The notes: generated by a model not told the origin, from the letters alone. A DNA stretch of 64,000 bases from an uncultured Thiomicrospira sp. (GCA_965195345.1 OZ239628.1:1088001-1152000); one strand, 5' to 3'. Numbered from the stretch's first letter, positions 22,646 through 35,052 are shown. A program made the numbers and translations.

Positions 22646-24022
22646 TTAGCAGGCTGTAATATTAACCGCCAAGCCTCCAAGTGAAGTTTCTTTGAATCGG
22701 TGAGACATTTCATCGCCTATGTCTTTCATGGCACTAATGCAATTATCAAGTGGCATAAAATGCTCACCATCGCCTTTTAATGCAAGGGAAGATGCTGTGA
22801 ATGCTTTAACTGCCCCAAAAGCGTTTCTTTCTATACAAGGGACTTGAACCAAACCGGCTACTGGGTCGCATGTCATACCTAAATGGTGTTCAAGAGCCAT
22901 TTCAGCAGCGTTTTCTATTTGGGTTATGCTGCCCCCGTTTACCGCACAAAGACCGGCAGCTGTCATAGCAGAAGCTGATCCTACCTCTCCTTGACAACCA
23001 GCTTCAGCTCCAGATATTGAACTATTATGCTTAATAATCCCACCAATAGCTGTTGCAGTCAAAAGAAAATCTCGTATTTGCTCAACAGTGCCGTTGCAAT
23101 GTTTGAAGAAATAATAAACAACGGCCGGGAGAACTCCAGCAGCACCGTTTGTTGGGGCAGTTACAACCATGTGCCCATCGGCATTCTCCTCGTTAACGGC
23201 CATTGCATAGGTACTAAGCCATTCATTTATTGTGGGTTGTTCTTCATTGAGGAGTTTTTGATATATTTCCTTGGCGCGACGTTTAACCTTTAAACCACCA
23301 GGTAGAATTCCATCAGCAGAAAGACCATTTTCAACACAAGTACGCATAGCCTCCCATATCTCATCAAGCCCATTATTTAGATCTTTTTCAGATATAAATA
23401 CCAATTCGTTTTCTCGTTTAATCTGTGCGATGGTTTTGTTGCTCGATTTAGCCATTTCCAACATGGATTTTGCGTTATTAAAAGGGTAAGGGCAACGAGA
23501 AGCAGATTCTGAAAGGAGGGGAGCCTTAATATTTGCTATTTCTGCTTTGTCACAAATGAAGCCTCCTCCGATGGAGAAATAAGTTTCCTCTAATACAATA
23601 CAATTCTCAACCTCTATCAATTCAAAAATCATACCATTGGCATGCTCAGGCAACGTTTCAGACTTGTCAAATACAATATCAAACTCTGGACGAAACGAGA
23701 TGTTGTGTTCTCCTACAGTTATAGAAGACGTTTTCCATAAATCCTCTACTACGGAATTAACATTCAGTTTTGCTAAAACCTTTGGTGTGTAATCGTGCAA
23801 ACCTAATAACACTGCACGGTCTGTAGCGTGCCCCCGTCCTGTAAAAGCGAGTGAGCCTTTGAGTACGCAACGTATTGAATATTGCTTGTTAGTGTCGTCT
23901 AATGACGATAATTTTTGCAGAATGCGTGTCAAAAATTCATTCGCTGCAAACATTGGACCCATCGTATGAGAGCTTGATGGACCGATTCCTATTTTAAGTA
24001 GATCTAAAGCGCTGATAAACAT
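22646..24022 (-). CDS. sdaA: L-serine ammonia-lyase
   Basis: [36 protein letters not shown]. Confidence 0.95.
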   Translation of the reverse strand: MFISALDLLKIGIGPSSSHTMGPMFAANEFLTRILQKLSSLDDTNKQYSIRCVLKGSLAFTGRGHATDRAVLLGLHDYTPKVLAKLNVNSVVEDLWKTSSITVGEHNISFRPEFDIVFDKSETLPEHANGMIFELIEVENCIVLEETYFSIGGGFICDKAEIANIKAPLLSESASRCPYPFNNAKSMLEMAKSSNKTIAQIKRENELVFISEKDLNNGLDEIWEAMRTCVENGLSADGILPGGLKVKRRAKEIYQKLLNEEQPTINEWLSTYAMAVNEENADGHMVVTAPTNGAAGVLPAVVYYFFKHCNGTVEQIRDFLLTATAIGGIIKHNSSISGAEAGCQGEVGSASAMTAAGLCAVNGGSITQIENAAEMALEHHLGMTCDPVAGLVQVPCIERNAFGAVKAFTASSLALKGDGEHFMPLDNCISAMKDIGDEMSHRFKETSLGGLAVNITAC

Positions 24023-24546
24023 GATAATTTCTCGTAATTAATGACAATTGTTAAATACATGGATTTCTTAGTAGAACCCGCTGAAAAATGGGATTCATTT
24101 TCACTGCATTGTGCGATTATATAGTATTAAATATTGCACTGAATATAGTATTGAAAGTACTATTAAAAAAACTCATGACAAGTAGAGGAAAACATGAACT
24201 GTACCCTTATTTCTACACTAAGTAAGAACTCTTTTTTACTTCCCATAATGAGCAATAGATCTGTGATTGTATTGAGTAACAAGACAACTTTGTAAATCAG
24301 ATTAGAGTTTTATATTCTATCTTCTGAAGTTTTTGAAAGTTAAGTGCTGAGGAATAAGTCATAATTCATTCTTTTCTTTCTAACTGCTTGATGATGTTTT
24401 TCCTGATACAATGCCTTTTCCTCAATTTCTAAGAATATTTAAGTGCGGTTTAAATGCCTTTTAAAATTCGATTCACTGATTCTTGGAAATTATATAATTA
24501 GGATAGGAAGCGTTTATTTAAACATTTAGGAGTTTAGCAGACTTAG

Positions 24547-26484
24547 ATGCCACTTATTACATTACCGGACGGTTCATCACGGCGCTTTGAAGCGCCAATT
24601 TCTTTATTTGATATAGCAAGAGACATCGGGTCAGGTCTTGCTAAGGTCGCAGTTGCTGGAAAAATAAATGGAAATCTTCATGATTTGAGTGATGTTGTTG
24701 AAAACAATAGCTCAATTAACATAGTTACTATTAAAGATGAAGAAGGGTTGCATATTATGCGCCATTCGTGTGCGCATCTACTTGGTCATGCGCTAAAACA
24801 GCTTTTCCCTCAAGCAAAAATGGCGATAGGTCCTGTTATTGAAAATGGGTTTTACTACGATATTGATATCGATCCTTCGCTCACTTTTGATGATTTGTCC
24901 GCTCTTGAAGAGCGAATGTATGTGTTGGCTAAAACAGGCTACCCAGTCAATAAAGTAATTACTTCGCGTGACGCTTCTATAGAGCTGTTCAAAAAGCGTG
25001 GCGAAGATTATAAGCTCCAATTAATCGCTGATTTACCAAATGAGTCCGCTTTTGCCTTATATCATCACGAAGAATATACGGACATGTGCATAGGACCCCA
25101 TGTGCCATCAATGCAATTTTGCAAAGCATTCAAACTGACCAGTCTTGCTGGAGCATATTGGCGTGGAGATTCCAATAATAATATGTTGCAACGGATTTAT
25201 GGAGTTGCTTTTGAGAACAAAAAAGATTTGTCTGCATATTTGGAAATGCAAATAGAGGCGGAAAAAAGAGATCATAGAAAGATTGGCAAGGCATTAAAAA
25301 TTTTCCATACCCAAGAAGATGCACCAGGCATGCCCTTTTGGCATCCAAGAGGCAAAGTTCTATACCAAACAGTAGAGAACTATATGCGAGAGAAGACTTT
25401 AGAAAGAGGATATCAAGAAGTACGTACACCGCTTCTATTAGATCGTTCATTGTGGGAGCGCTCTGGTCATTGGGAAAAGTATGCAGATGACATGTTTACT
25501 ATCAGCACAGACAATCGTGAATATGCAATCAAACCCATGAATTGCCCGTGTCATGTTCAAATATTCAATCAACACTTACACAGTTATCGTGATTTACCAA
25601 TTCGCTTGTCAGAGTTTGGTAACTGCCACCGTAATGAAGCATCTGGCACACTACATGGTTTGATGCGCGCGCGCAGCTTTACGCAAGATGATGGGCATAT
25701 TTTCTGCTCCCCAGAAATGATATCTGAAGAAGTCAAAGGGTGTCTTGATTTGGTATTTGAAGTGTACAAAGACTTTGGATTTGAAGAGGTTGAACTTAAA
25801 TTGTCAACACGACCAAAAGAGCGTGTTGGTAGCGACGAAATGTGGGATCAAGCTGAGCAGGCACTGGAAAAAGTGCTCGACGAGAGTGGTAGTAAATGGG
25901 AGTTGCAGATAGGAGAAGGCGCTTTTTATGGTCCTAAAATCGAATGTTCATTGCGCGACTGCATCAATCGAGTATGGCAATGTGGGACGGTGCAGTTGGA
26001 TTTTTCAATGCCAGAGCGTTTGGGGGCACAATTTGTTGATGAAAATGGACTGAAAAAGACTCCTGTCATGATTCATCGAGCCATCATAGGTTCATTAGAG
26101 CGGTTTATTGGTATTTTGATTGAACAATACGAAGGAAAGTTTCCCGTTTGGTTGGCGCCGGTTCAAGTAGCAGTAATGACAATAACTCAAGCGCAAACGA
26201 ATTATGCACAAACAGTTGTTGATCAACTCAAAGCTGCAGGTATACGCGTAGAGGGAGATTTTCGTAACGAAAAAATTGGGTATAAGATACGAGAAAACAC
26301 CCTACAACGCATCCCTTGGTTAATCATAGTAGGTCAACAAGAAATGGAAAGTAACATGATTGCATTGCGCCATCGTGACGGTCGTAATTTAGGGGTCGTT
26401 ACAGCAGATGATTTTATTGAAAAAATAACGACGTATATAAAACAAAAAAATGATATGGCATCAACAAACGAGGAAAACGCTTAA
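24547..26484 (+). CDS. thrS: threonyl-tRNA synthetase
   Basis: TGS domain, [20 protein letters not shown]. Confidence 0.98.
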   Translation: MPLITLPDGSSRRFEAPISLFDIARDIGSGLAKVAVAGKINGNLHDLSDVVENNSSINIVTIKDEEGLHIMRHSCAHLLGHALKQLFPQAKMAIGPVIENGFYYDIDIDPSLTFDDLSALEERMYVLAKTGYPVNKVITSRDASIELFKKRGEDYKLQLIADLPNESAFALYHHEEYTDMCIGPHVPSMQFCKAFKLTSLAGAYWRGDSNNNMLQRIYGVAFENKKDLSAYLEMQIEAEKRDHRKIGKALKIFHTQEDAPGMPFWHPRGKVLYQTVENYMREKTLERGYQEVRTPLLLDRSLWERSGHWEKYADDMFTISTDNREYAIKPMNCPCHVQIFNQHLHSYRDLPIRLSEFGNCHRNEASGTLHGLMRARSFTQDDGHIFCSPEMISEEVKGCLDLVFEVYKDFGFEEVELKLSTRPKERVGSDEMWDQAEQALEKVLDESGSKWELQIGEGAFYGPKIECSLRDCINRVWQCGTVQLDFSMPERLGAQFVDENGLKKTPVMIHRAIIGSLERFIGILIEQYEGKFPVWLAPVQVAVMTITQAQTNYAQTVVDQLKAAGIRVEGDFRNEKIGYKIRENTLQRIPWLIIVGQQEMESNMIALRHRDGRNLGVVTADDFIEKITTYIKQKNDMASTNEENA

Positions 26485-27036
26485 ATGAAGAGAAAAGGAG
26501 GACGTCGTCCACAAGAAAGAATTTCATTACCAAAGGTAAATATTAATGAAAAGATAAGAGCTGCCACTGTTCGGCTGCTTGATTCGGATGGGGAATTTTT
26601 AGGGATAGTTGACCTTAAAGAGGCTCAAGAAAAAGCCAGTGAAGCAGAATTAGATCTGGTTGAAATAGCGAGCCAAGCAGAGCCTCCTGTATGCAAAATA
26701 ATGAATTACAGTAAGTATCTTTTTGAGCTCAAGAAAAAGAAATTAGAAGCAAAGAAGAATCAAAAACAAATAGTACACAAATCCATAAAATTTAGACCAA
26801 ACACCGATAAAGGTGATTATGAAGTCAAAATGAAAAAGATCAATGACTTTTTGGAGAAAGGCAATCACGTTAAAGTTATTGTGTGGTTTAGGGGAAGGGA
26901 AATGGCGCATCAACAATTAGGGACGCGCTTGCTAAACCAAGTACATGAAGACTTAGGCGAGAATGTTAATGTTCAATCGGAAGCGAAAATGGAAGGGCGA
27001 CAAATGATAATGGTGATATCTCCGTCTAAAGTTTAA
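26485..27036 (+). CDS. infC: translation initiation factor IF-3
   Basis: INEKI, LDLVEI, PPVCKIM, FRGRE. Confidence 0.97.
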   Translation: MKRKGGRRPQERISLPKVNINEKIRAATVRLLDSDGEFLGIVDLKEAQEKASEAELDLVEIASQAEPPVCKIMNYSKYLFELKKKKLEAKKNQKQIVHKSIKFRPNTDKGDYEVKMKKINDFLEKGNHVKVIVWFRGREMAHQQLGTRLLNQVHEDLGENVNVQSEAKMEGRQMIMVISPSKV

Positions 27037-27104
27037 CTTTTTTGAATGGATTGTTAGTTTTTTCTAATATTATGTAGAAGCGATAAAAAATTAGGAACCT
27101 ACTT

Positions 27105-28037
27105 ATGAATTTTTCTGATCGAGATGGCACAATTTGGATGGATGGGGAGTGGGTGGATTGGCGTGATGCGAAAATTCACGTTATGACTCATACGCTCCAC
27201 TATGGAATGGGAGTTTTTGAAGGGGTGAGAGCTTATGAAACCTCTAAAGGTCCTGCTATTTTTCGTTTGAGCGATCATACGGATCGGTTGTTCAATTCGG
27301 CAAAGATCATGCAAATGGACATTCCTTTTGATAAGGAAATATTGAATCAAGTTCAACTTGAATCTGTGGCACGCAACAATCTATCTTCTGCCTATATAAG
27401 GCCCGTAGTATTCTATGGTTCTGAAGGCATGGGGTTGCGCGCAGACAATCTATGTGTACACGTTGCTATTGCCGCATGGTCTTGGGGAGCTTATCTCGGA
27501 CAAGAGAATTTAGAGCGTGGCATTCGCATTCACACTTCGTCTTTTGCACGCCATCATGTTAATGTTTCAATGTGCCGTGCAAAAGCAAATGGACAATATA
27601 TCAACTCTATGATGGCACTGTCTGAAGCACTACGTAATGGCTATGATGAAGCCCTTTTACTTGATGTCGATGGCTTTGTTGCTGAAGGAAGCGGAGAGAA
27701 TTTCTTCATAATCAATAAAGGCGTTATCTATACGCCTGATTTAACATCAGCGCTTGATGGTATTACCAGACAAACGATCATGTTTCTTGCACGTGAACAA
27801 GGAATTGAAATTGTAGAAAAGCGCATAACCCGTGATGAAGTTTATTGTGCTGATGAGGCTTTTTTCACTGGAACAGCGGCAGAAGTAACGCCTATTCGTG
27901 AACTTGACGGAAGAGCTATAGGTAACGGACAAAGAGGCGAAATAACGAAACGTCTGCAAAAGACATATTTTGATTTAGTCAGTGGAAAGTTAGAAGGCTA
28001 TGACGATTGGTTGTCATTAGTTTCTGAATTAGAATAA
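27105..28037 (+). CDS. ilvE: branched-chain amino acid transaminase
   Basis: LHYG.GVFEG, EGSGEN, FTGTAAEVTP. Confidence 0.97.
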   Translation: MNFSDRDGTIWMDGEWVDWRDAKIHVMTHTLHYGMGVFEGVRAYETSKGPAIFRLSDHTDRLFNSAKIMQMDIPFDKEILNQVQLESVARNNLSSAYIRPVVFYGSEGMGLRADNLCVHVAIAAWSWGAYLGQENLERGIRIHTSSFARHHVNVSMCRAKANGQYINSMMALSEALRNGYDEALLLDVDGFVAEGSGENFFIINKGVIYTPDLTSALDGITRQTIMFLAREQGIEIVEKRITRDEVYCADEAFFTGTAAEVTPIRELDGRAIGNGQRGEITKRLQKTYFDLVSGKLEGYDDWLSLVSELE

Positions 28038-28060
28038 GAGCAGTTATAAAGAGGTAAACA

Positions 28061-28240
28061 ATGGATGATGCTAAAACTAAAACTATTGTGCTAACGCGTT
28101 CTGAGTTACCATTGCATTGCCCCCGCGATGAAGATAGTGCTTGGAACTCACACCCAAGAGTATTTATTCCCATTGAAGATAACCCAGATCTTAGCGCACA
28201 GTGTCCATATTGCGGATCTAAATATCAATTGCAAGATTAA
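28061..28240 (+). CDS. zf-CHCC zinc-finger protein (59 aa, not in ORF track)
   Basis: Manual translation MDDAK...LPLHCP...WNSHPRVF...CPYCG; GAGG RBS; TAA overlaps gmhA ATG. Confidence 0.88.
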   Translation: MDDAKTKTIVLTRSELPLHCPRDEDSAWNSHPRVFIPIEDNPDLSAQCPYCGSKYQLQD

Positions 28241-28809
28241 TGTCTTTTCTTGACACATTGAAACAACACCAAGAGACCGTTGGAGCGTTATCTGATCATG
28301 TCAAGGATATAGAACAGATTGCTGAGTGCCTAATTGATACATTTGAAAATAATAAAAAATTAATGTGGGCAGGAAATGGTGGCAGTGCCGCTGATGCACA
28401 GCATATGTCTGCTGAATTAGTTGTACGATTTCGTAAAAACCGACGCGCTCTTCCATCAATAGCATTAAACACAGACACCTCTACTTTAACAGCTTGTAGT
28501 AATGACTTTGGCTATGAAGAATTATTTGCTCGTCAAGTCGAAGCGTTAGGAAACGCTGGAGATGCACTGATTTTATTAAGTACTTCAGGCAATAGTGAAA
28601 ACTGTATCAAGGCAGCGCTTCTTGCCAAAGAGAAGAAAATTTGCGTGATTGTATTAACTGGAAGTAAAGAATCCCAATTATCTCGCAATGCAGATATGGT
28701 TATACATGTGCCTTCAGCAGATACGGCGCGTATTCAAGAAGCGCACGCGCTCATTGCTCATTGGTGGTGCCAAAAAATTGAAGAAAGCATTAGAAGTACA
28801 GCGAAATGA
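28240..28809 (+). CDS. gmhA: phosphoheptose isomerase
   Basis: GNGGSAADAQH, STSGNS, RIQEAH. Confidence 0.95.
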   Translation: MSFLDTLKQHQETVGALSDHVKDIEQIAECLIDTFENNKKLMWAGNGGSAADAQHMSAELVVRFRKNRRALPSIALNTDTSTLTACSNDFGYEELFARQVEALGNAGDALILLSTSGNSENCIKAALLAKEKKICVIVLTGSKESQLSRNADMVIHVPSADTARIQEAHALIAHWWCQKIEESIRSTAK

Positions 28810-30227
28810 ACCTAAAAGAAGCAAATATATTGGTTATTGGCGATGTCATGCTGGATCGTTATTGGTACGGTGACGTTAGCCGTTTATCCCCAGAGGCACC
28901 CGTGCCTATCATCGGCGTAGAACGCGAAGAATATAGACCAGGTGGCGCTGCTAATGTTGCATTGAACTTGGCTTGTCTTGACACCAAAGTTACATTAGTC
29001 GGAATAACTGGTAATGATGAGAATGCTAAGCTGCTTGAAGAAGAGTTAGTCAGCTCAAAGGTGGAATGTCATTTTTTAAAAATGGAAAACTCTCCAACAA
29101 TCTCTAAGCTAAGAGTTCTTGGGCGACAACAACAAATATTACGCGCAGATTTTGAAGACGGTTTCCCAGAATATGATTCGAAGTTACTGTCTGCGCACAT
29201 AAAAGAGTTATGGGATCAATGTGATTTGGTTATTTTTTCAGATTATGCCAAAGGATGCTTACAAAACATAGAGTCTTTGATTGATGAAGCTAAACAGCAG
29301 AATAAAACGGTTTTAATCGATCCTAAAGGAAGTGATTTTGGTCGTTATGCAGGGGCTGACATCATCACCCCTAACAGCAATGAATTAAAAGCACTGGTGG
29401 GTGAATGGGAAGACAATGAAGACCTTATCAATAAGGCACGTTTTCTTGCGGAAGTAAATGACATTGAAGCCATTTTAGTAACGCGTGGTTCTAAAGGCAT
29501 GAGTTGGGTGCCTGTACATGGGGAAGCCTTTCATATACCAACAAAAGCACGCGAAGTATTTGATGTTTCTGGAGCAGGCGACACAGTTATTGCTACATTG
29601 GGAGCTTGTTTGGCTGCTGGTTGCTCCACTAAACAAGCTATTGAATTCGCAAACCATGCGGCAGGAATAGTCGTTAGCAAGCAAGGCACTGCGAGCATAA
29701 CAGTTAGCGAGTTATTTGGTGAATTTGTTGAATCTAAAGACAAACCTATACCATTAGAGCTTTTAAAAAACTTAGTTCTTGAATCAAAGAGTCGCGGAGA
29801 AACAGTTGTAATGACCAATGGCTGTTTTGATATTCTACATGCGGGGCACATTGAGTCACTTGAAAAAGCACGCTCTTTAGGTGATCGCTTAATAGTCGCG
29901 GTTAATAGCAACGCTTCAGTACATCGACTAAAAGGGCAGGGACGTCCTATTAACAAATTAGAACATCGCATAATGATTTTAAATGCACTAAGTTGTGTTG
30001 ATTGGGTAGTGGATTTTGGCGATGATATTTTAGATGCAGACACTCCACAGTCTTTGTATGAGATTCTGTTGCCCAACGTGTTAGTCAAAGGCGGGGATTA
30101 TGAAACGAAAGATATTGCCGGAGCTCAAGCGGTAATAGAGGCTGGCGGGAAAGTTGTTACTATTGAATTACTTGAGGAGTTATCAACGACTGCTATGGTT
30201 AGGAAATTAAAAGAGATCGACCAATGA
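28806..30227 (+). CDS. hldE: bifunctional heptose kinase/adenylyltransferase
   Basis: SPEAPVP, DVSGAGDT, TNGCFDILHAGH. Confidence 0.96.
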   Translation: MNLKEANILVIGDVMLDRYWYGDVSRLSPEAPVPIIGVEREEYRPGGAANVALNLACLDTKVTLVGITGNDENAKLLEEELVSSKVECHFLKMENSPTISKLRVLGRQQQILRADFEDGFPEYDSKLLSAHIKELWDQCDLVIFSDYAKGCLQNIESLIDEAKQQNKTVLIDPKGSDFGRYAGADIITPNSNELKALVGEWEDNEDLINKARFLAEVNDIEAILVTRGSKGMSWVPVHGEAFHIPTKAREVFDVSGAGDTVIATLGACLAAGCSTKQAIEFANHAAGIVVSKQGTASITVSELFGEFVESKDKPIPLELLKNLVLESKSRGETVVMTNGCFDILHAGHIESLEKARSLGDRLIVAVNSNASVHRLKGQGRPINKLEHRIMILNALSCVDWVVDFGDDILDADTPQSLYEILLPNVLVKGGDYETKDIAGAQAVIEAGGKVVTIELLEELSTTAMVRKLKEIDQ

Positions 30228-31165
30228 AAAAACGTATAGTAGTAACTGGTGCGGCGGGAATGATCGGTAGTAATATTATCTCAGGGCTTAATGAAAATGG
30301 TTACGATGATGTTGTTGCGGTTGATGACTTAACCAATGGACACAAGTTTTTGAATTTAGTTGGAATGAAAATAAGTGACTATATCGATAAGTTGGATTTT
30401 TTAGAAAGCCTCGCTAACGATCGTTTGGGAAAAATAGATTGCGTATTTCATCAAGGTGCTTGTTCAACAACTACTGAATGGGATGGCAAATACATGATGC
30501 ACAATAATTATGAATATACTAAAAAGCTATATCATATGTGTGTGGAAAAAAGAATTCGATTCCTTTATGCATCCTCTGCAGCAGTGTATGGCGATGGTGT
30601 TAGAGGTTTCTCTGTTTCTCCAGAGTGTGAAAATCCATTGAATGTCTATGGCTATTCTAAATGGCTATTTGATTATTATCTCCTCCAACAAGCTCCTTCA
30701 AGTACGCAAGTTGTGGGATTGCGCTATTTCAATGTTTATGGTCCTAATGAACAACACAAAGGTTCAATGGCTTCGGTAGCATGGCATTTATACAATCAAC
30801 ATATGCGGGGAGAAAATCTGAAATTATTTGGTTCTTGGGATGGATTTGCTGCTGGTGAGCAAATGCGTGACTTCATATACGTTAAAGATGTAGTAGCAGT
30901 GAATTTATGGCTGCTTGAGAATCCAGAAGTGACGGGTGTTGTTAACTGCGGCTCTGGACAAGCTGAAACATTCAATTCAGTAGCTCATGCAATTATAGAT
31001 TATTATCAGTGCGGAGAAATAGAGTATATAGATTTTCCTGATCACCTCAAAAAGGCATATCAAAGCTATACTCAGGCGGATATGGGGCGTCTATATGAAC
31101 TGGGCTATAAAAAAGATTTTTATAGTGTAAGTGATGGCGTCACCGATTATTTGAATTGTCTTTAG
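30224..31165 (+). CDS. hldD: ADP-L-glycero-D-manno-heptose 6-epimerase
   Basis: FHQGACS.TTEWDG, YGYSK, HKGSMASV. Confidence 0.96.
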   Translation: MKKRIVVTGAAGMIGSNIISGLNENGYDDVVAVDDLTNGHKFLNLVGMKISDYIDKLDFLESLANDRLGKIDCVFHQGACSTTTEWDGKYMMHNNYEYTKKLYHMCVEKRIRFLYASSAAVYGDGVRGFSVSPECENPLNVYGYSKWLFDYYLLQQAPSSTQVVGLRYFNVYGPNEQHKGSMASVAWHLYNQHMRGENLKLFGSWDGFAAGEQMRDFIYVKDVVAVNLWLLENPEVTGVVNCGSGQAETFNSVAHAIIDYYQCGEIEYIDFPDHLKKAYQSYTQADMGRLYELGYKKDFYSVSDGVTDYLNCL

Positions 31166-31202
31166 GTTAAAGAAATTAAAACATTGAAAAACGTGAGATT
31201 AA

Positions 31203-31949
31203 ATGAAAAAGAAACTAATACTTGGAAATTGGAAGATGAATGGTTCATTGGATTCCAATACAGCATTGATTAAGCACATTCATGCTTGGGAAGGAACGGC
31301 ATTGGTTGGTGTTTGTCCTCCTAGTGTATATCTAGGACAAATTGCTGCGTTATTGCGAGGCAGTCAAGTCACTTTAGGGGCACAAGATTGCAGCGTACAC
31401 AATGCAGGGGCATACACTGGTGAGAACTCGGCACAAATGATTGCAAGTCTGGAAGCTAAATGGTGTTTGGTTGGACATTCAGAGCGTCGACAATACCATA
31501 ACGAAAGTGATGAATTAGTCGTTACTAAAGCAAATGCGGCGGCCGATGCTGGTTTACTTCCAGTTATATGTGTAGGTGAATCTTTGGAAGAGAGAGAAAG
31601 CGGACGAATGCCTGCAATTATAAAAAAACAAATAGAGCATATTTTTCAATTTGGCAACAAATCAACTCTTGAAAATATGATTATTGCCTACGAACCAGTA
31701 TGGGCTATAGGCACAGGAAAAACTGCAACTCCTGAACAAGCACAAGAAGTGCATTCCATGATTCGTGAACTATGTCGCGCGCATGACAGATCTCTTGAAG
31801 ACATCTATATCATTTATGGTGGAAGCATGAATGTTCAAAATGTCAAAGATTTATTGTCGCAAAGTGATATAGATGGCGGATTGATTGGGGGCGCTTCGCT
31901 GAAAGGAGATGAATTTTTATCAATCATGGAACATGCTTGTGTATGTTAA
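31203..31949 (+). CDS. tpiA: triosephosphate isomerase
   Basis: GNWKMN, GHSERR, AYEPVWAIGTG. Confidence 0.98.
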   Translation: MKKKLILGNWKMNGSLDSNTALIKHIHAWEGTALVGVCPPSVYLGQIAALLRGSQVTLGAQDCSVHNAGAYTGENSAQMIASLEAKWCLVGHSERRQYHNESDELVVTKANAAADAGLLPVICVGESLEERESGRMPAIIKKQIEHIFQFGNKSTLENMIIAYEPVWAIGTGKTATPEQAQEVHSMIRELCRAHDRSLEDIYIIYGGSMNVQNVKDLLSQSDIDGGLIGGASLKGDEFLSIMEHACVC

Positions 31950-32048
31950 CATCAGAATTAAAACTTTAATATGTATAAGAATATCATATTGAAAACTGTT
32001 TTGATATAATGAAATACTTACGATCAATAAAAACTTATAGGAGCACTC

Positions 32049-33458
32049 ATGGATAGTGGCGATATACTTCAGTTGATAGAAGAAAAGGAAATCGAATTTG
32101 TTGATTTTCGATTTACCGATACACTGGGAAAAGAACACCACGTAACATTGGCGGCAGACGATGTTGACGAGGCAATTCTTGAAGACGGAAAGACTTTTGA
32201 TGGTTCGTCTATAAAAGGGTGGAAAGATATTCATGACTCTGATATGATTTTGCAGCCCGACTTGACCACTGGAGTGGTTGATCCCTTTGCGCAGGCTTCT
32301 CAATTAAACATTCGTTGCGATATAATTGATTCAGGAAGTATGACAGGGTATAACCGAGATCCACGTTCGGTGGCAAAACGTGCAGAAGCATACTTAAAAT
32401 CTACTGGAATAGCTGATTCTTGTTTTGTTGGACCAGAGCCAGAGTTTTTTGTTTTTGACGATGTGCGTTGGGGAAATGCTCCAAACGGATGTTTCTCTGA
32501 AATAAATTCAAACGAAGGTGCATGGGCTTCTAGTCATAAAATTGAAGGTGGGAACCTTGGTCATAGACCATCACAAAAGGGCGGTTATTTCCCAGTTCCT
32601 CCAGTTGATTCATTGCACGATTTTCGTTCTGAAACTTGTCAGGTATTGAAAGAAGTCGGTATCAAAGTTGAGGTACATCATCATGAAGTTGCTACTGGCG
32701 GACAATGTGAAATAGGTTGTGCTGGCAATACCTTGGTTAACAAGGCCGATGAAGTTCAGCTCTTCAAATACATTGTGCACAATATGGCGCATTTGTACGG
32801 GAAAACATCCACTTTTATGCCTAAACCTCTTGTAGGAGACAATGGCTCAGGAATGCATTGCAACGTCTCATTGTCAAAAAATGGGCAAAACATATTTGAT
32901 GGCAATAATTATGCAAGTCTATCAGAGGAAGCTATTTTCTTTATTGGTGGCTTGCTTAAGCATTCGAGAGTAATCAATGCATTCGCTAATCCAGGAACAA
33001 ATTCATATAAACGGTTAGTGCCGGGATATGAAGCACCTGTGTTACTTGCGTATTCTGCAAAAAATCGTTCAGCATCAATTCGTATTCCTTTAGTGTTAAG
33101 TGCTAAAGCGCGTAGGGTTGAATTACGTTATCCTGATCCATCAGCGAACCCATACTTAGCATTTTCTGCCATTTTGATGGCTGGACTAGATGGAATCGAA
33201 AATAAAATTCACCCAGGTGATCCTTCTGATAAAGATTTATACGATTTACCTCCAGAAGTTGAAAAAGACTTTCCAACGGTATGTGCATCGCTTGATGAAG
33301 CGTTGGATGCATTGGCTAAAGATTCGGCCTTTTTGGAGAAAGGAGGCGTTTTCGATAAAGATATGATACAGGGTTATTTGGAATTGAAACAAGCTGATGT
33401 TGACCGTATTCGTATGTCTACTCATCCTATCGAATACGAAATGTATTATTCGCTATAA
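32049..33458 (+). CDS. glnA: glutamine synthetase type I
   Basis: [30 protein letters not shown]. Confidence 0.98.
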   Translation: MDSGDILQLIEEKEIEFVDFRFTDTLGKEHHVTLAADDVDEAILEDGKTFDGSSIKGWKDIHDSDMILQPDLTTGVVDPFAQASQLNIRCDIIDSGSMTGYNRDPRSVAKRAEAYLKSTGIADSCFVGPEPEFFVFDDVRWGNAPNGCFSEINSNEGAWASSHKIEGGNLGHRPSQKGGYFPVPPVDSLHDFRSETCQVLKEVGIKVEVHHHEVATGGQCEIGCAGNTLVNKADEVQLFKYIVHNMAHLYGKTSTFMPKPLVGDNGSGMHCNVSLSKNGQNIFDGNNYASLSEEAIFFIGGLLKHSRVINAFANPGTNSYKRLVPGYEAPVLLAYSAKNRSASIRIPLVLSAKARRVELRYPDPSANPYLAFSAILMAGLDGIENKIHPGDPSDKDLYDLPPEVEKDFPTVCASLDEALDALAKDSAFLEKGGVFDKDMIQGYLELKQADVDRIRMSTHPIEYEMYYSL

Positions 33459-33482
33459 TTTTTCGAATATATTGCGTATATG

Positions 33483-33508
33483 AAGCGCCCTTCAGGGCGC
33501 TTTTTTTT
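33483..33508 (+). terminator. intrinsic terminator after glnA
   Basis: AAGCGCCC-TTCA-GGGCGCTT followed by T run. Confidence 0.9.
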
Positions 33509-33814
33509 GGTTTGAAGATAAAACTCCACTGGAGTGTCACTTAACGATAGCACATAAGCAGCTTATTTAAAAGGATTTGACTGTTTTCTTGCAATAGAAA
33601 GGTGAGGGGGTGCTTATTCTCAAATGAAGCAACTATGCACGATTTATACGATAATGCACATCTTAGATAAACGTTAGGCGTTTACAAAATTATTTGTGCG
33701 TGATTGTGATATTTTAATTGCCAAGCGCACGAATCCGTTAGACTGCTTAAGCAAGCTGATAATTTAGTACTATAAAGAAATCAAAATAAAACATATCCTT
33801 ATAGGTGGTGTTCA

Positions 33815-34339
33815 ATGAAGTTGTTATTAGGTGTTTGTGGCAGTGTTGCTGCTTATAAAAGTCTCGAGTTAATTCGACTTTTGAACAAAAATGAGTGCGA
33901 AATAAAAGTAATTTTAACTGCAGGAGGTGCACGATTTATCCATCCTCTTGCATTTCTTTCTCTGGGTGTTGATAAAGTTGTTCAGGATTTGTGGGATGCT
34001 GAAAATAGCATGGCACATATTACATTGACTCGATGGGCTGATTGCTTTCTTGTCGCTCCAGCAACAGCTCAATGCCTTGCTAAAACCGCTAACGGAAACG
34101 CTGATGACTTATTAAGCAGTGCGTTATTGGCTGTCGATGAGATACCAATAGTTCTTGCACCAGCAATGAATCAGGCAATGTACAAAAATTCAGCGACACA
34201 ACGCAATGTAGAGCAATTAAAAGCCGATGGCGTGCAAATCTGGGGTCCAGACAGTGGAGAACAGGCTTGTGGTGAGCACGGTGAAGGAAGAATGCTTGAA
34301 CCTAATGAATTACATGAGCGATTGCAAAACTTCTTTTGA
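33815..34339 (+). CDS. coaC: phosphopantothenoylcysteine decarboxylase half of CoaBC
   Basis: GSVAAYK, APATA, PAMN..M, QACG..G.GRM. Confidence 0.88.
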   Translation: MKLLLGVCGSVAAYKSLELIRLLNKNECEIKVILTAGGARFIHPLAFLSLGVDKVVQDLWDAENSMAHITLTRWADCFLVAPATAQCLAKTANGNADDLLSSALLAVDEIPIVLAPAMNQAMYKNSATQRNVEQLKADGVQIWGPDSGEQACGEHGEGRMLEPNELHERLQNFF

Positions 34340-34985
34340 AAGAGTATTACTCACTCTGGGCGCAACAAGAGAGTCCATTGATCCTGTTCGATATATATCT
34401 AATCGTAGTTCTGGGAAAATGGGCGTTGCACTGATTAAAGCTTTTCAAGAGCTTGGTTGTAATGTGTGTGTCATAAAAGCACACTGTGAAAGCATTGATA
34501 TACCAAGTAATATTGAAATACATGAAGTAAGTAGTTCAAGTGAAATGCTGGCATCTGTAAATCAACAAATGATTAATTTTAAACCGCAACTTTTTGTAGG
34601 GTGTGCGGCAGTTTCTGACTTTATTCCCCAAAATAGCGCGAACAAAATTAAGAAGCAACAGGGTATCAATTTAATATTTGAAAAGGCACCAGACATTATT
34701 GCTGGAGTAGTTGGTCGCTGCCCCTATGTGGCAGGTTTTGCCGCTGAAACAACCAATATTCAACAGAATGCGTACGAAAAAATGCACGGTAAGGGACTGG
34801 ACGTTATTTTTGCCAACGATGCCAGATGCGCTATGGGGAGCGATAGCAATCAAGTCGTTATTGTTACAAAAAATAATTTTATAGAAACAGAAAAAATGAC
34901 AAAAGAGGCACTAGCAAAATTATTGGTGCAATGGTTGAAAAAAGATTGGTTGCGGAAATTTGCTACAAATAGGATGGGAACTTAA
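34315..34985 (+). CDS. coaB: phosphopantothenate-cysteine ligase half of CoaBC (separate frame)
   Basis: TRE.IDPVRYISNRSSGKMG, AAVSDF, GFAAET; start uncertain (ORF track 34227, approximate internal ATG used). Confidence 0.8.
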
Positions 34986-35052
34986 AGAATGGGTTTTAAT
35001 CTTCTCTTAAATTCCATGTAATTTTGAAAATTCAATTTTAAGTTTAAATTAG

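Noticed and set aside
24023-24546. ncRNA or tRNA in the long sdaA-thrS intergenic region
   Set aside because: No recognisable tRNA, riboswitch or strong structure by eye; likely promoters and thrS leader.
33509-33814. RNA gene between glnA and coaC
   Set aside because: No motif I can support.
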